A stretch of DNA of 64,000 nucleotides from a virus. Taxonomy: Duplodnaviria; Caudoviricetes. The notes under the pieces are model-generated. The model was given only the letters and a program-made list of their open reading frames with translations. It was not told where the DNA came from and searched no databases. Location: IMG/VR virus record IMGVR_UViG_3300042013_000067, positions 219,623-283,622 of that record. One strand, given 5' to 3'. Every line of letters starts with the position of its first letter. The first letter of the stretch is position 1. Made by a program: the position numbers and the translations under genes. This document shows, one piece after another, positions 8,967-16,736 of this stretch.

Positions 8967-9257
8967 ATGGCACGTCAAACTAACAACGAACTTGCTAAGC
9001 TCCCAGGCTTCTTCTATTATCCCGGTAACAAAGAAGGGCTGGAACTCCTGACCACGGCTCAACGCGTCGAGATTATGGCCAACCAAGGCAACTACATCAT
9101 GATCGGGATGCAAATTCCCCATGAGTCCACTGGACAGTTCGGCGACCTTCAATGTCTTCTGGACAACGGCCGTATTCCAACCCATAAGCGTCCCAATGCT
9201 GTTACCCCGAGCTATGGTGACGTACCCTTTGATCTGCGTGAGGTAGTTGCCCTGTGA
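8967..9257 (+). CDS. hypothetical protein (96 aa)
   Basis: First ORF after promoter motif; GTGA overlap with next gene. Confidence 0.75.
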   Translation: MARQTNNELAKLPGFFYYPGNKEGLELLTTAQRVEIMANQGNYIMIGMQIPHESTGQFGDLQCLLDNGRIPTHKRPNAVTPSYGDVPFDLREVVAL

Positions 9258-9661
9258 AAAAGCAACGATTCTATTTCGGTAAGCGCAAGATCAACCACCG
9301 CAATGGCATGATCGGCAGCACTTGGGTTGTGCCGAAGATGCTGCGTGATTATTTCGCGTTACGCATCTGTCTGTCTCAGGTGTTCTTCAGTCTGAAGATC
9401 AGTATGAACGCAAAGGTCGGTCTGAGCTGCAACAATGCACCGATTGGCATGATGGGCGCTGGTGCTCGTAAGATCCTGACTCCTGAGGAAGCCGCTGAGC
9501 TACCAAAGGAATCCGTGGATCATTACACCACGGCTATGCTGCATCGTCGTAAGATCTCCAAAGCGTTGGATAAGCGTACCCACAGCTCGATCCAGAAGTT
9601 GCAGGCGATCCACGATGAAGCGGAAGCATTCTTCAACCCACCTGAAGCGAAGGCGGTATGA
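9254..9661 (+). CDS. hypothetical protein (135 aa)
   Basis: 4-nt start/stop overlaps at both ends. Confidence 0.75.
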   Translation: MKKQRFYFGKRKINHRNGMIGSTWVVPKMLRDYFALRICLSQVFFSLKISMNAKVGLSCNNAPIGMMGAGARKILTPEEAAELPKESVDHYTTAMLHRRKISKALDKRTHSSIQKLQAIHDEAEAFFNPPEAKAV

Positions 9662-10263
9662 CTACTATCGCGTGGGATGGGACCACGCTTGCCGCCGATA
9701 GTCAGGAAACACACCGTGCTCCATTGCGTGGTAAGTGCACCAACTGCGATCATGAAGTCGGTAATCTCAAAACGACGATCACCAAGATCCAACTACCCAA
9801 GACACCCGTGTTGTTTAATGGGTCGCCAATGTTAGCTTGGGCTGGTGCTGGTAATGGTTCATTGATTGACCTGTACGGCGTGGGTATTAACGAGGGTATT
9901 GCTATTGATGTCCTTGGTCGTATGGCCTGCAAGGTTTTTCTTGAGCGCACCACCAAACCATCCATGACACTGGTCGTCGTTACTGACGATACCGTGTGGC
10001 AAGTCATGTGGGATCAACGTGTTGGCTCGATGATGAAAGAAATCACCGAGATTCCCTATTCAGTAGGGTCTGGTTCAAAAGCAGCAATGTTGGCAATGAA
10101 GCGCCTAGGGCTTAGTGCCATGGCCGCTACTGCCTGTGGCATCGACGTGGATCCGCATTCAAGCGGTGAAGTGTGTTATGTCCATTGCCGCGGCGAGGAG
10201 CGGGATGACGCTTTGTTGCGTTATACCTACACCGAAGCCGATATGCTAGAACTGTTTCAATAA
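9658..10263 (+). CDS. Ntn-hydrolase, HslV/proteasome-beta-like peptidase
   Basis: M-T-T-IAWDG.TLAADSQ N-terminus (Thr1 nucleophile), TKI Lys, GSG and DPHSSG motifs. Confidence 0.7.
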   Translation: MTTIAWDGTTLAADSQETHRAPLRGKCTNCDHEVGNLKTTITKIQLPKTPVLFNGSPMLAWAGAGNGSLIDLYGVGINEGIAIDVLGRMACKVFLERTTKPSMTLVVVTDDTVWQVMWDQRVGSMMKEITEIPYSVGSGSKAAMLAMKRLGLSAMAATACGIDVDPHSSGEVCYVHCRGEERDDALLRYTYTEADMLELFQ

Positions 10264-10267
10264 CCCT

Positions 10268-10297
10268 GCCCTCCCCTTATCGGGAGGGCTTTATACC
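10268..10297 (+). terminator. hairpin (RCATA/TATGY family variant)
   Basis: GCCCTCCC-cttatc-GGGAGGGC-TTTATACC. Confidence 0.7.
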
Positions 10298-10321
10298 GTC
10301 TCCTTCTAAGGAAAAACCATT

Positions 10322-11038
10322 ATGAACACCCAAGCTGCCGAGTTCCTCCAGAACTACGCATCGTACTACTGGGCCATTTGTGCTGAAGAACATAAAGCAC
10401 TGGGTACCGATGTACAAGACATCTTCGACGACATCGTGGTCTGCAAGCGTCTGACCGCTGATGAGCTGGAAACTGCTGTCAACCGTTTGCGTGAACGCGT
10501 ACCGAGTCTGGGCTTCAGTCAAGCCCAAGGCCACATCTTCCGTGTCCTAGGCTACCGTAGCAAGGGCGTAGCGTTCGTAGTGCGCCGTACCTACACCCGA
10601 CTACATCAAACCCCAGTACTCACCCACCCTAACATGTGGCATGAGTTCTTGAACGTGTACCACAACGACTCGGTGTTTGGTTCGCCAGACTACAGTAAAG
10701 ATGAAATCGCCTTGCACTATATCGAGTTCGTGTTCGAACCTCGGTTGCGTGGCTTGTTGTCGGCAGATGACATCCCTGAGGAGTTGATGGACGCTTACTT
10801 CACCATGTTGAATATCTCTCAACAGAAAACCATGTCCGAACCGATGGCGCGGACACTGGCTGAACAACTGGAACACGAACTCGACCATCGCGTGCGTCAC
10901 CACACCGCCATGAACATGGTAGCCATTGCGTTAGGCTACAAGACTTGGCCATTGATGCTCGCGGCGGTAGAACACGATAGCGTGAAGAACCTGCGGATTC
11001 CTAACCGCTTTGGTACTGCCGCGTCTACCATACACTGA
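10322..11038 (+). CDS. hypothetical protein with two helical repeats
   Basis: Two copies of an L...L...S/H..A....A..LGY motif. Confidence 0.8.
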   Translation: MNTQAAEFLQNYASYYWAICAEEHKALGTDVQDIFDDIVVCKRLTADELETAVNRLRERVPSLGFSQAQGHIFRVLGYRSKGVAFVVRRTYTRLHQTPVLTHPNMWHEFLNVYHNDSVFGSPDYSKDEIALHYIEFVFEPRLRGLLSADDIPEELMDAYFTMLNISQQKTMSEPMARTLAEQLEHELDHRVRHHTAMNMVAIALGYKTWPLMLAAVEHDSVKNLRIPNRFGTAASTIH

Positions 11039-11120
11039 GAAAAAGTACCTCGCAAGGTATAGTGTGTAGAAGTACCGTTTCTAAATAAAAACCCAACCAA
11101 AAGATCAAAAGGAACATCGC

Positions 11121-11390
11121 ATGTCTCTGACTAACATCGCTTCCAACATCCGTAACTCTGTAACTGCTGAGCTGGCCAAAGTACAACTGCCAGAAGGCGT
11201 TGAAGTTTCCGCTGAAGTCCAGCAGTCGCTGGCTGACGCTGGTGTTCGTGGCACGCTGGTCGGCCTGGGCGAACTGCAAGGCGCCGGCTTCGTACACATC
11301 ACCGGTTCCGTAGAAGAAGGCAACGACGACGTCGCCAACGCCACCCCAGCCGAAATCCTGGGCGAGCTGTTCGGTTCCGTGAACTCGTAA
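11121..11390 (+). CDS. small acidic protein, probably highly expressed (89 aa)
   Basis: Strong codon bias, A-rich leader with AAGGA SD, own terminator. Confidence 0.85.
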   Translation: MSLTNIASNIRNSVTAELAKVQLPEGVEVSAEVQQSLADAGVRGTLVGLGELQGAGFVHITGSVEEGNDDVANATPAEILGELFGSVNS

Positions 11391-11412
11391 TACCGCGCGA
11401 CCGCGTCAACGT

Positions 11413-11439
11413 AGAGGAGCCTTCGGGCTCCTTTATGTC
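11413..11439 (+). terminator. hairpin with UUCG loop (family)
   Basis: AGAGGAGCC-TTCG-GGCTCCTTT-ATGTC. Confidence 0.8.
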
Positions 11440-11475
11440 GTCCACGGGTTTTTATTTTTTACCTAGGGTTTACCC

Positions 11476-12255
11476 ATGAATAGCTATAGCCCTGTAAGGA
11501 CTACTCGACAAATGAATAAACCAATCACCGATGTAACAGAACCAACACCCGGCCAGGAAAACAACAACTGGAACTTGCGAGACAAACTGATCGGCATTGC
11601 GGTTGAAGACTACAGCACCGCCTTACGCCATGGCTTCCAAGGTTCTGAAACCGATTGGGAGCTCTACTACAACGAGCTGGTTCACGGCACACCAGTTGAA
11701 GATCTGAGTACGGTGCTTGACCCACCTATCCCGGATACATGGCCAGAACCCGAACCGGGTCCATTAGTAGTGCCTGATATCACAGTCAAGCGTGCGTGCA
11801 ACAAAGCAGCCCGTGCAGCACGTCAGTATCGTACTGGACCTTTTATCCGTATGGTGCTGTGGTTGACTGCAACCTTTATGTTCCTTGTGATCGCCATGGG
11901 TGGCGCTCTGGCGTGGGTGGTCACCAACAACACTGTTAGCCAGCGGGTCGAGAACACACGACCTTGTACGCTCAATCAGGAGGGTATTGAGTTAACGGGT
12001 ACGCGCACCTACAGCTACATCGACAATACCCTCTTTGGCTTTCATTGGTCGCGTAACGATACCTTGATAACGCGCACGGTAGTCAACGTCACCATGAAAG
12101 GTTTGACGGTTGTAGCCATTACCAAAGGCGAATCGAAGACTGTTCGGCGTGGCGAGGCCGAAGGCGGGGTGATGATCCTACCTGACGCTGACTACTATGC
12201 GTTCTTCTCCAATGGACGTGCCACAGGCGTCGCCTACGACGTTCTCTGCAAATAA
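11476..12255 (+). CDS. membrane-anchored protein (259 aa)
   Basis: Pro-rich linker, one hydrophobic segment (MVLWLTATFMFLVIAMGGALAWVV), beta-rich C-terminus. Confidence 0.8.
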   Translation: MNSYSPVRTTRQMNKPITDVTEPTPGQENNNWNLRDKLIGIAVEDYSTALRHGFQGSETDWELYYNELVHGTPVEDLSTVLDPPIPDTWPEPEPGPLVVPDITVKRACNKAARAARQYRTGPFIRMVLWLTATFMFLVIAMGGALAWVVTNNTVSQRVENTRPCTLNQEGIELTGTRTYSYIDNTLFGFHWSRNDTLITRTVVNVTMKGLTVVAITKGESKTVRRGEAEGGVMILPDADYYAFFSNGRATGVAYDVLCK

Positions 12256-12264
12256 GGGTATCAC

Positions 12265-12747
12265 ATGCAACCTTCTCAGCGACGACAGCTGAACGAGCTC
12301 TTGCAAGCTCTGATCACGTTGATCATCGAATCCACGGTGGACGATACAGTCATGGGTAAAGCCCGCGCTATCGTGGACTACTACCTAACCAACCCTTTCA
12401 CCAAACGCAAGGATGACTTCTTTAACCAATTAACCGTGGCTTATCGTCCATCGCATGAACACGCGGCTGACCCTAGGTACGTTCCGTTCTTGTCCCTGCT
12501 GTTGTATTCCAACCACCAGATGTTGATCATGCGGTTGGAAGCTTTAGATGCGATCGCGGGGTTGCCCTTCAAACCGGAAACCATACAGACCAAGGAAGAA
12601 CTGCAAAACCGTTTCGTTGAGGCGTTAGCTAAATACACCGAGATTGATCACACGGACTTTGAAGCGATGTCCACCCTTCTAACCATGCAGGCGTTTGGGT
12701 GCAATAGTCCCCTTGCGTTTGGCGAACTAAAAGACCTTCCGACATGA
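12265..12747 (+). CDS. hypothetical protein (160 aa)
   Basis: Co-oriented ORF, ATGA overlap with next gene. Confidence 0.8.
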   Translation: MQPSQRRQLNELLQALITLIIESTVDDTVMGKARAIVDYYLTNPFTKRKDDFFNQLTVAYRPSHEHAADPRYVPFLSLLLYSNHQMLIMRLEALDAIAGLPFKPETIQTKEELQNRFVEALAKYTEIDHTDFEAMSTLLTMQAFGCNSPLAFGELKDLPT

Positions 12748-13175
12748 AAAATGATCCGAGCTGGAACACCATCGGCCAATATGGCAAACCTAAAAAGAAA
12801 GATCCTGATGTTCAGTGGGTCTTAGGTATGTTGGCTATCGCCCTGTGTATGGTCTTTACTGTGCTCAGTCTGGCCTTCACTACCACGGATGAAGCTCAAG
12901 CAGAACAGGACACTAACAACGAGCAGTATTACTCTCGTGCCTGCTCTAACCTGCATCATCTGAGTAAAGAGCTGCGCGACGCCGAGGACTTCTACGACCT
13001 GACCACAAGTACGCACGTCGATCCGGTGGGTGATGAAATTCACCAGTCCATCGCCTGGGACCATTTCCAGTTAGCCCGTGAGGCGTTGGAAGAGGCAAAG
13101 CTGCAACACATTAACAACGTTGCATGGCAAGCCAGTATGGGTAATCCTCCTCCTAAGGAGTACGCCTGTCTGTAA
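12744..13175 (+). CDS. membrane-anchored protein (143 aa)
   Basis: Hydrophobic WVLGMLAIALCMVFTVLSLAF segment. Confidence 0.8.
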   Translation: MKNDPSWNTIGQYGKPKKKDPDVQWVLGMLAIALCMVFTVLSLAFTTTDEAQAEQDTNNEQYYSRACSNLHHLSKELRDAEDFYDLTTSTHVDPVGDEIHQSIAWDHFQLAREALEEAKLQHINNVAWQASMGNPPPKEYACL

Positions 13176-13179
13176 CCAC

Positions 13180-13214
13180 GACATAGTCAGCGGGGTTTTA
13201 CCCGCTGACATGCC
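13180..13214. terminator. hairpin (RCATA/TATGY family)
   Basis: GACATA-GTCAGCGGG-gtttta-CCCGCTGAC-ATGCC. Confidence 0.75.
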
Positions 13215-13248
13215 GCATTTTATGAAGTAATTTAAGGAGTGAGTTTTC

Positions 13249-13509
13249 ATGAGTGCGATCCGTCTTTACCACAATGACCTTGGTAAGTGGGTATTCAATC
13301 ACCAAGGTAACGAACACGTCGCGCTGCTATCTTCAGTTGACGCGGCTGAGACCTTCCGTAGTTTCGGTTTGCATCCGCAAGGTGTTGTATGTATCAGTGT
13401 ATGTCAGTCCGGCCAGATCGACGGCATTACGTTACTCGATCAAACCCCAGTTCGTGAATTGTTTGTTCCGACGGGTCACAGTCTGTATCGCGACCTCACC
13501 CCTGTTTGA
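13249..13509 (+). CDS. hypothetical protein (86 aa)
   Basis: TAAGGAG SD. Confidence 0.7.
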   Translation: MSAIRLYHNDLGKWVFNHQGNEHVALLSSVDAAETFRSFGLHPQGVVCISVCQSGQIDGITLLDQTPVRELFVPTGHSLYRDLTPV

Positions 13510-13570
13510 CTATTTATACTGGGGTGGCTTGCAATATGTAACCATCATCCCAGCATAAGCGAACATCGTA

Positions 13571-13912
13571 ATGTTTGATACCGCCCAAAGAGCGAATTGC
13601 ACCTGGTCCCACACCAGTTGGGGCCGAGGCAAACGTACCGTAGAGACCGACCTAGGTTTCTACGTCATCGAACACATAGCCACGGGTAAATTCATCGTCT
13701 GTTATTCGCGTCGGGTTACTCACGACATCGATCAACAGATCGTGGCATTGACCAACGGTACCCATCCTAACCGGCTATTGCAAAAGCTGGTAAACATGGA
13801 CATGGATCTCAAACTCCATGAGTATCCTGCGGTGTCTGTGCCTGCGGCTAAAGATGCCTGCCGTAAGATCAAACTAACCGCGGCACCTGCCTATCTACTT
13901 TTAAACCCCTAG
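13571..13912 (+). CDS. degenerate GIY-YIG-like protein
   Basis: GFYVIEHIATGKFIVCYS...GTHPNRLLQK matches the GIY-YIG N-terminal pattern; catalytic Arg/Glu not evident. Confidence 0.55.
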   Translation: MFDTAQRANCTWSHTSWGRGKRTVETDLGFYVIEHIATGKFIVCYSRRVTHDIDQQIVALTNGTHPNRLLQKLVNMDMDLKLHEYPAVSVPAAKDACRKIKLTAAPAYLLLNP

Positions 13913-13920
13913 GGGGCTCC

Positions 13921-14127
13921 ATGATTAAACCCGGTGAAACAGTCCGCGCTCGTTCTACCATTAACATCTCGGTAGCCGAAGACGAGACACCTATTCTGGT
14001 GATTAAGGAAGGCGACCGTTTGGTAGCGACCTCAGAAGTCGATGCTAACGGCAACCAAACCTTCGTCCACCTACCCACCCAATTCGAAAATGTCACGCTC
14101 AGTCGACATGACGTACAACTCGCGTAG
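13921..14127 (+). CDS. small beta-rich hypothetical protein (68 aa)
   Basis: GGGG SD, tight packing. Confidence 0.7.
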   Translation: MIKPGETVRARSTINISVAEDETPILVIKEGDRLVATSEVDANGNQTFVHLPTQFENVTLSRHDVQLA

Positions 14128-14134
14128 GTAAACG

Positions 14135-14662
14135 ATGAATCCAGCACTGCTCTACCACGGATCGCTATACAAACAGAACGAACTGATGCCTGGGTTCAAA
14201 CGCTCGGGCAAGCTGGTCCAGTGGGACGGCATCGAGAACAACACTTACCTCTACACGAGTTCCGTGAAAGAGGAGGCTGTCAGCCTTGGGGTTGGCAGTG
14301 CGTTGGAGAAAGTGCTGGACAGTCGTCGTTATGCCACGTTCGATAACAACGTGGTGGTTTACTTCTTCAAAGAGCTGCCCAGCGCGGAAGAACTACTGAA
14401 GTTGGAAATTTATGTATACACCATTCGCTTTAAAGAAGCCGATGGTTGGGTCAAGAATGATAACCCCTTCAACAACATTGACACCGAATGGGTTACCCAG
14501 TCTACCATCCGTGGACTGGCGGCGTGTGAGCAGGTCGACGTGCGTGAGTGGTTGCAGGATAAGAACTTGTTGTTCACGACTCGATCGGTGGATACCTGCC
14601 CCAAGTCTCTGGTAGATGCCGGCGGACAATGGGGTGGTAAAACCATCAAAGTGGAGCTGTAA
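14135..14662 (+). CDS. putative ADP-ribosyltransferase-fold protein
   Basis: LYHGS, YLYTS, late TEW glutamate: H-x-S / Y-x-S / E pattern of the ART fold. Confidence 0.45.
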   Translation: MNPALLYHGSLYKQNELMPGFKRSGKLVQWDGIENNTYLYTSSVKEEAVSLGVGSALEKVLDSRRYATFDNNVVVYFFKELPSAEELLKLEIYVYTIRFKEADGWVKNDNPFNNIDTEWVTQSTIRGLAACEQVDVREWLQDKNLLFTTRSVDTCPKSLVDAGGQWGGKTIKVEL

Positions 14663-14667
14663 ACAAT

Positions 14668-14697
14668 GCCGAGGGGATAACCCTCGGCTCTTATTCC
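14668..14697 (+). terminator. hairpin terminator
   Basis: GCCGAGGG-gataa-CCCTCGGC-TCTTATT. Confidence 0.65.
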
Positions 14698-14723
14698 GTT
14701 TATGAAGACATGGAGTATTGCAG

Positions 14724-16073
14724 ATGCTGGAACAGCTCATGCAGTTGATGGCGCAATTCAATGAACTCAACCGAGCCAACCCTGTACTCGCTACAATGTT
14801 GGGTGCTGGCGGGGCCACGGCGTTAGTGATGTCGCTACGCCAGATACCCCAAAAGATCTGCTCTTTTATTTTTGGCCAAATGACCACCCACCTAACCATG
14901 AACAATGCCGGTTGGGACGGTGGGGATGATCAGTTCCGTAGTTTCATGCTGTGGTACATCAAACACAGTTGGTCCAAGTGGTCACGGTCATTATCGCTGG
15001 AATCCAAGTACCAGAACCGGGGTGATCCTCTAGTGGCGATTGGTGCTGGTTTCGGCCGTCACTTCTTCACGTATAAAGGACGCTTGTTCTGGTTCAACAA
15101 GTCTCGTCTGGACAGCTCCGGCAGTTCAATGGAGAAGATGGAGATTACGATTAAGGGCTTGACCCGTAACCGTGGCCTCTTCGATGCCATGGTTCAAGAG
15201 TTCCGTTACCGGATGAAGACCAACACCATCACGGTAACATCGTGGGACTTCGATAAGTGGAACGAACCAGTAGCGATCACCAAACGTGCTTTAAACACGG
15301 TGATCATGGAGCGTGGACTTAAGGGCGAATTGATTCGTGACATCGATCAGTTCTACGCCAGTCGTGAGTGGTACGAAGAACGTGGCCTGCCGTATAAGCG
15401 CTGCGTGTTGTTCTACGGCCAACCGGGCACGGGTAAGACCAGCATAATCAAAGCCTTGGCTTCACACTACGGCCGTAACGTGTTTACCCTGAACCTGTCT
15501 ACAGTGTCAGATAACATGTTACAGAAGGCCATGTCTTCAATCCCAGAAGGTTCTATCTTACTGATCGAAGACTTCGACACCAACAAGACGGTGCTTAGCC
15601 GTGCACCTACACCCCCACCACCCGCACCTAGTGATGGTGACGCACCGGTGGCTCTAGCTGGGCCCAGTAATCCTCCAGAGGGCTTTGTCGCTCTCTCGCT
15701 CTCCGGTTTGCTCAACGCCCTAGATGGCATTGTGCCACTGGATGGAAGCCTTATCTTTCTAACGACCAACCACATCGAGAAGATCGATGCTGCGTTGCTG
15801 CGTAACGGACGTGTAGATAAGCGGATCAATATCCCTTACCTGACCGATTCTGAAGTACGCGACTATATCGAACTCATGTTCCCCGGTACTAAGGTATCCG
15901 TGGATATTTGCTTCCAGCCGATCGCTGGTTGCGATCTGATGTCACACTTCTCAGATAACCGCGATAACGCTGAACAGTTCATTGCGGCTATCCCACAGCA
16001 AACACTCAGTGGTTTGTTGGGTAAAGCTTTGGAAATCACCCGCCGGACCACACCGCGGCGAGAAGCGTCATAA
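14724..16073 (+). CDS. BCS1-like AAA+ ATPase
   Basis: N-terminal hydrophobic segment, BCS1_N-like region, RGLPYKRCVLFYGQPGTGKTS (Walker A), LLIEDFD (Walker B), LSGLLNALDG, TTNHIEKIDAALLRNGRVD (SRH). Confidence 0.85.
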   Translation: MLEQLMQLMAQFNELNRANPVLATMLGAGGATALVMSLRQIPQKICSFIFGQMTTHLTMNNAGWDGGDDQFRSFMLWYIKHSWSKWSRSLSLESKYQNRGDPLVAIGAGFGRHFFTYKGRLFWFNKSRLDSSGSSMEKMEITIKGLTRNRGLFDAMVQEFRYRMKTNTITVTSWDFDKWNEPVAITKRALNTVIMERGLKGELIRDIDQFYASREWYEERGLPYKRCVLFYGQPGTGKTSIIKALASHYGRNVFTLNLSTVSDNMLQKAMSSIPEGSILLIEDFDTNKTVLSRAPTPPPPAPSDGDAPVALAGPSNPPEGFVALSLSGLLNALDGIVPLDGSLIFLTTNHIEKIDAALLRNGRVDKRINIPYLTDSEVRDYIELMFPGTKVSVDICFQPIAGCDLMSHFSDNRDNAEQFIAAIPQQTLSGLLGKALEITRRTTPRREAS

Positions 16074-16103
16074 AAGTGCCGGGGGCAACCCCGGCTTTAT
16101 GCC
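16069..16103 (+). terminator. hairpin (RCATA/TATGY family)
   Basis: CATAAAA-gt-GCCGGGG-gcaa-CCCCGGC-TTTATGCC. Confidence 0.75.
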
Positions 16104-16126
16104 GTCTCATGCGGCAAGGAGGTTTA

Positions 16127-16255
16127 ATGGTAAAAAGTACTCAAGTACCTCATGATGTGTTGAAGCTAGGCTATGGGTTGCCAATAGCTTTTTATAACGT
16201 TGTACCTGGCCATTATTACGCCATTTTCGTAATAGGCCCATCTACGCCCGGATAG
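16127..16255 (+). CDS. possible small protein (42 aa; not in ORF track)
   Basis: AAGGAGG SD; MVKSTQVPHDVLKLGYGLPIAFYNVVPGHYYAIFVIGPSTPG-TAG. Confidence 0.45.
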   Translation: MVKSTQVPHDVLKLGYGLPIAFYNVVPGHYYAIFVIGPSTPG

Positions 16256-16340
16256 GGCAACTTGACTCGATCCAGCCTTCAGTGGACTAAGGAACCACAT
16301 TTTCAGAAAGCGCCTGATTGAGTTCCAGGGGTTACATGAG

Positions 16341-16643
16341 ATGTCACTGAAACAAAGCTACAATATCGCTCATGGTGGGCGATACGAACTAGGCCAGCAC
16401 ATTGACCACATTGACCGGATCCGACTGGTGTCCGTCACCGTTAATGGAAAGCTGATTCGTTATACACCATTGACTCATCGCGAGTCAGAGAACCAGTCAC
16501 GCTATTACATCGAGATCGGGGAGACCTTTGACCCGTTAGTCGGTGGGATGCTGATGGTTAATAAAGAAGAACGGTGCATTGAGACCTTTATCTCGTCAGA
16601 CCGGTTCTTCGACAGCGTCGTTGTTACGCTGGAAATTAACTAG
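16341..16643 (+). CDS. hypothetical protein (100 aa)
   Basis: ORF followed by hairpin 16649-16666. Confidence 0.7.
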   Translation: MSLKQSYNIAHGGRYELGQHIDHIDRIRLVSVTVNGKLIRYTPLTHRESENQSRYYIEIGETFDPLVGGMLMVNKEERCIETFISSDRFFDSVVVTLEIN

Positions 16644-16697
16644 GTGGGGGGAGTCTACGGACTCCCTTGCTTTATGTTCGTCTACTGGTTTTAAAGC

Positions 16698-16706
16698 CTA
16701 TATCAC
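16698..16706 (+). promoter_or_regulatory. early-type promoter core upstream of ligase
   Basis: CTATATCAC core; downstream TGAAT element absent. Confidence 0.4.
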
Positions 16707-16736
16707 GTGTTAGATAACCCTGTTTGGAGAGTGGTG

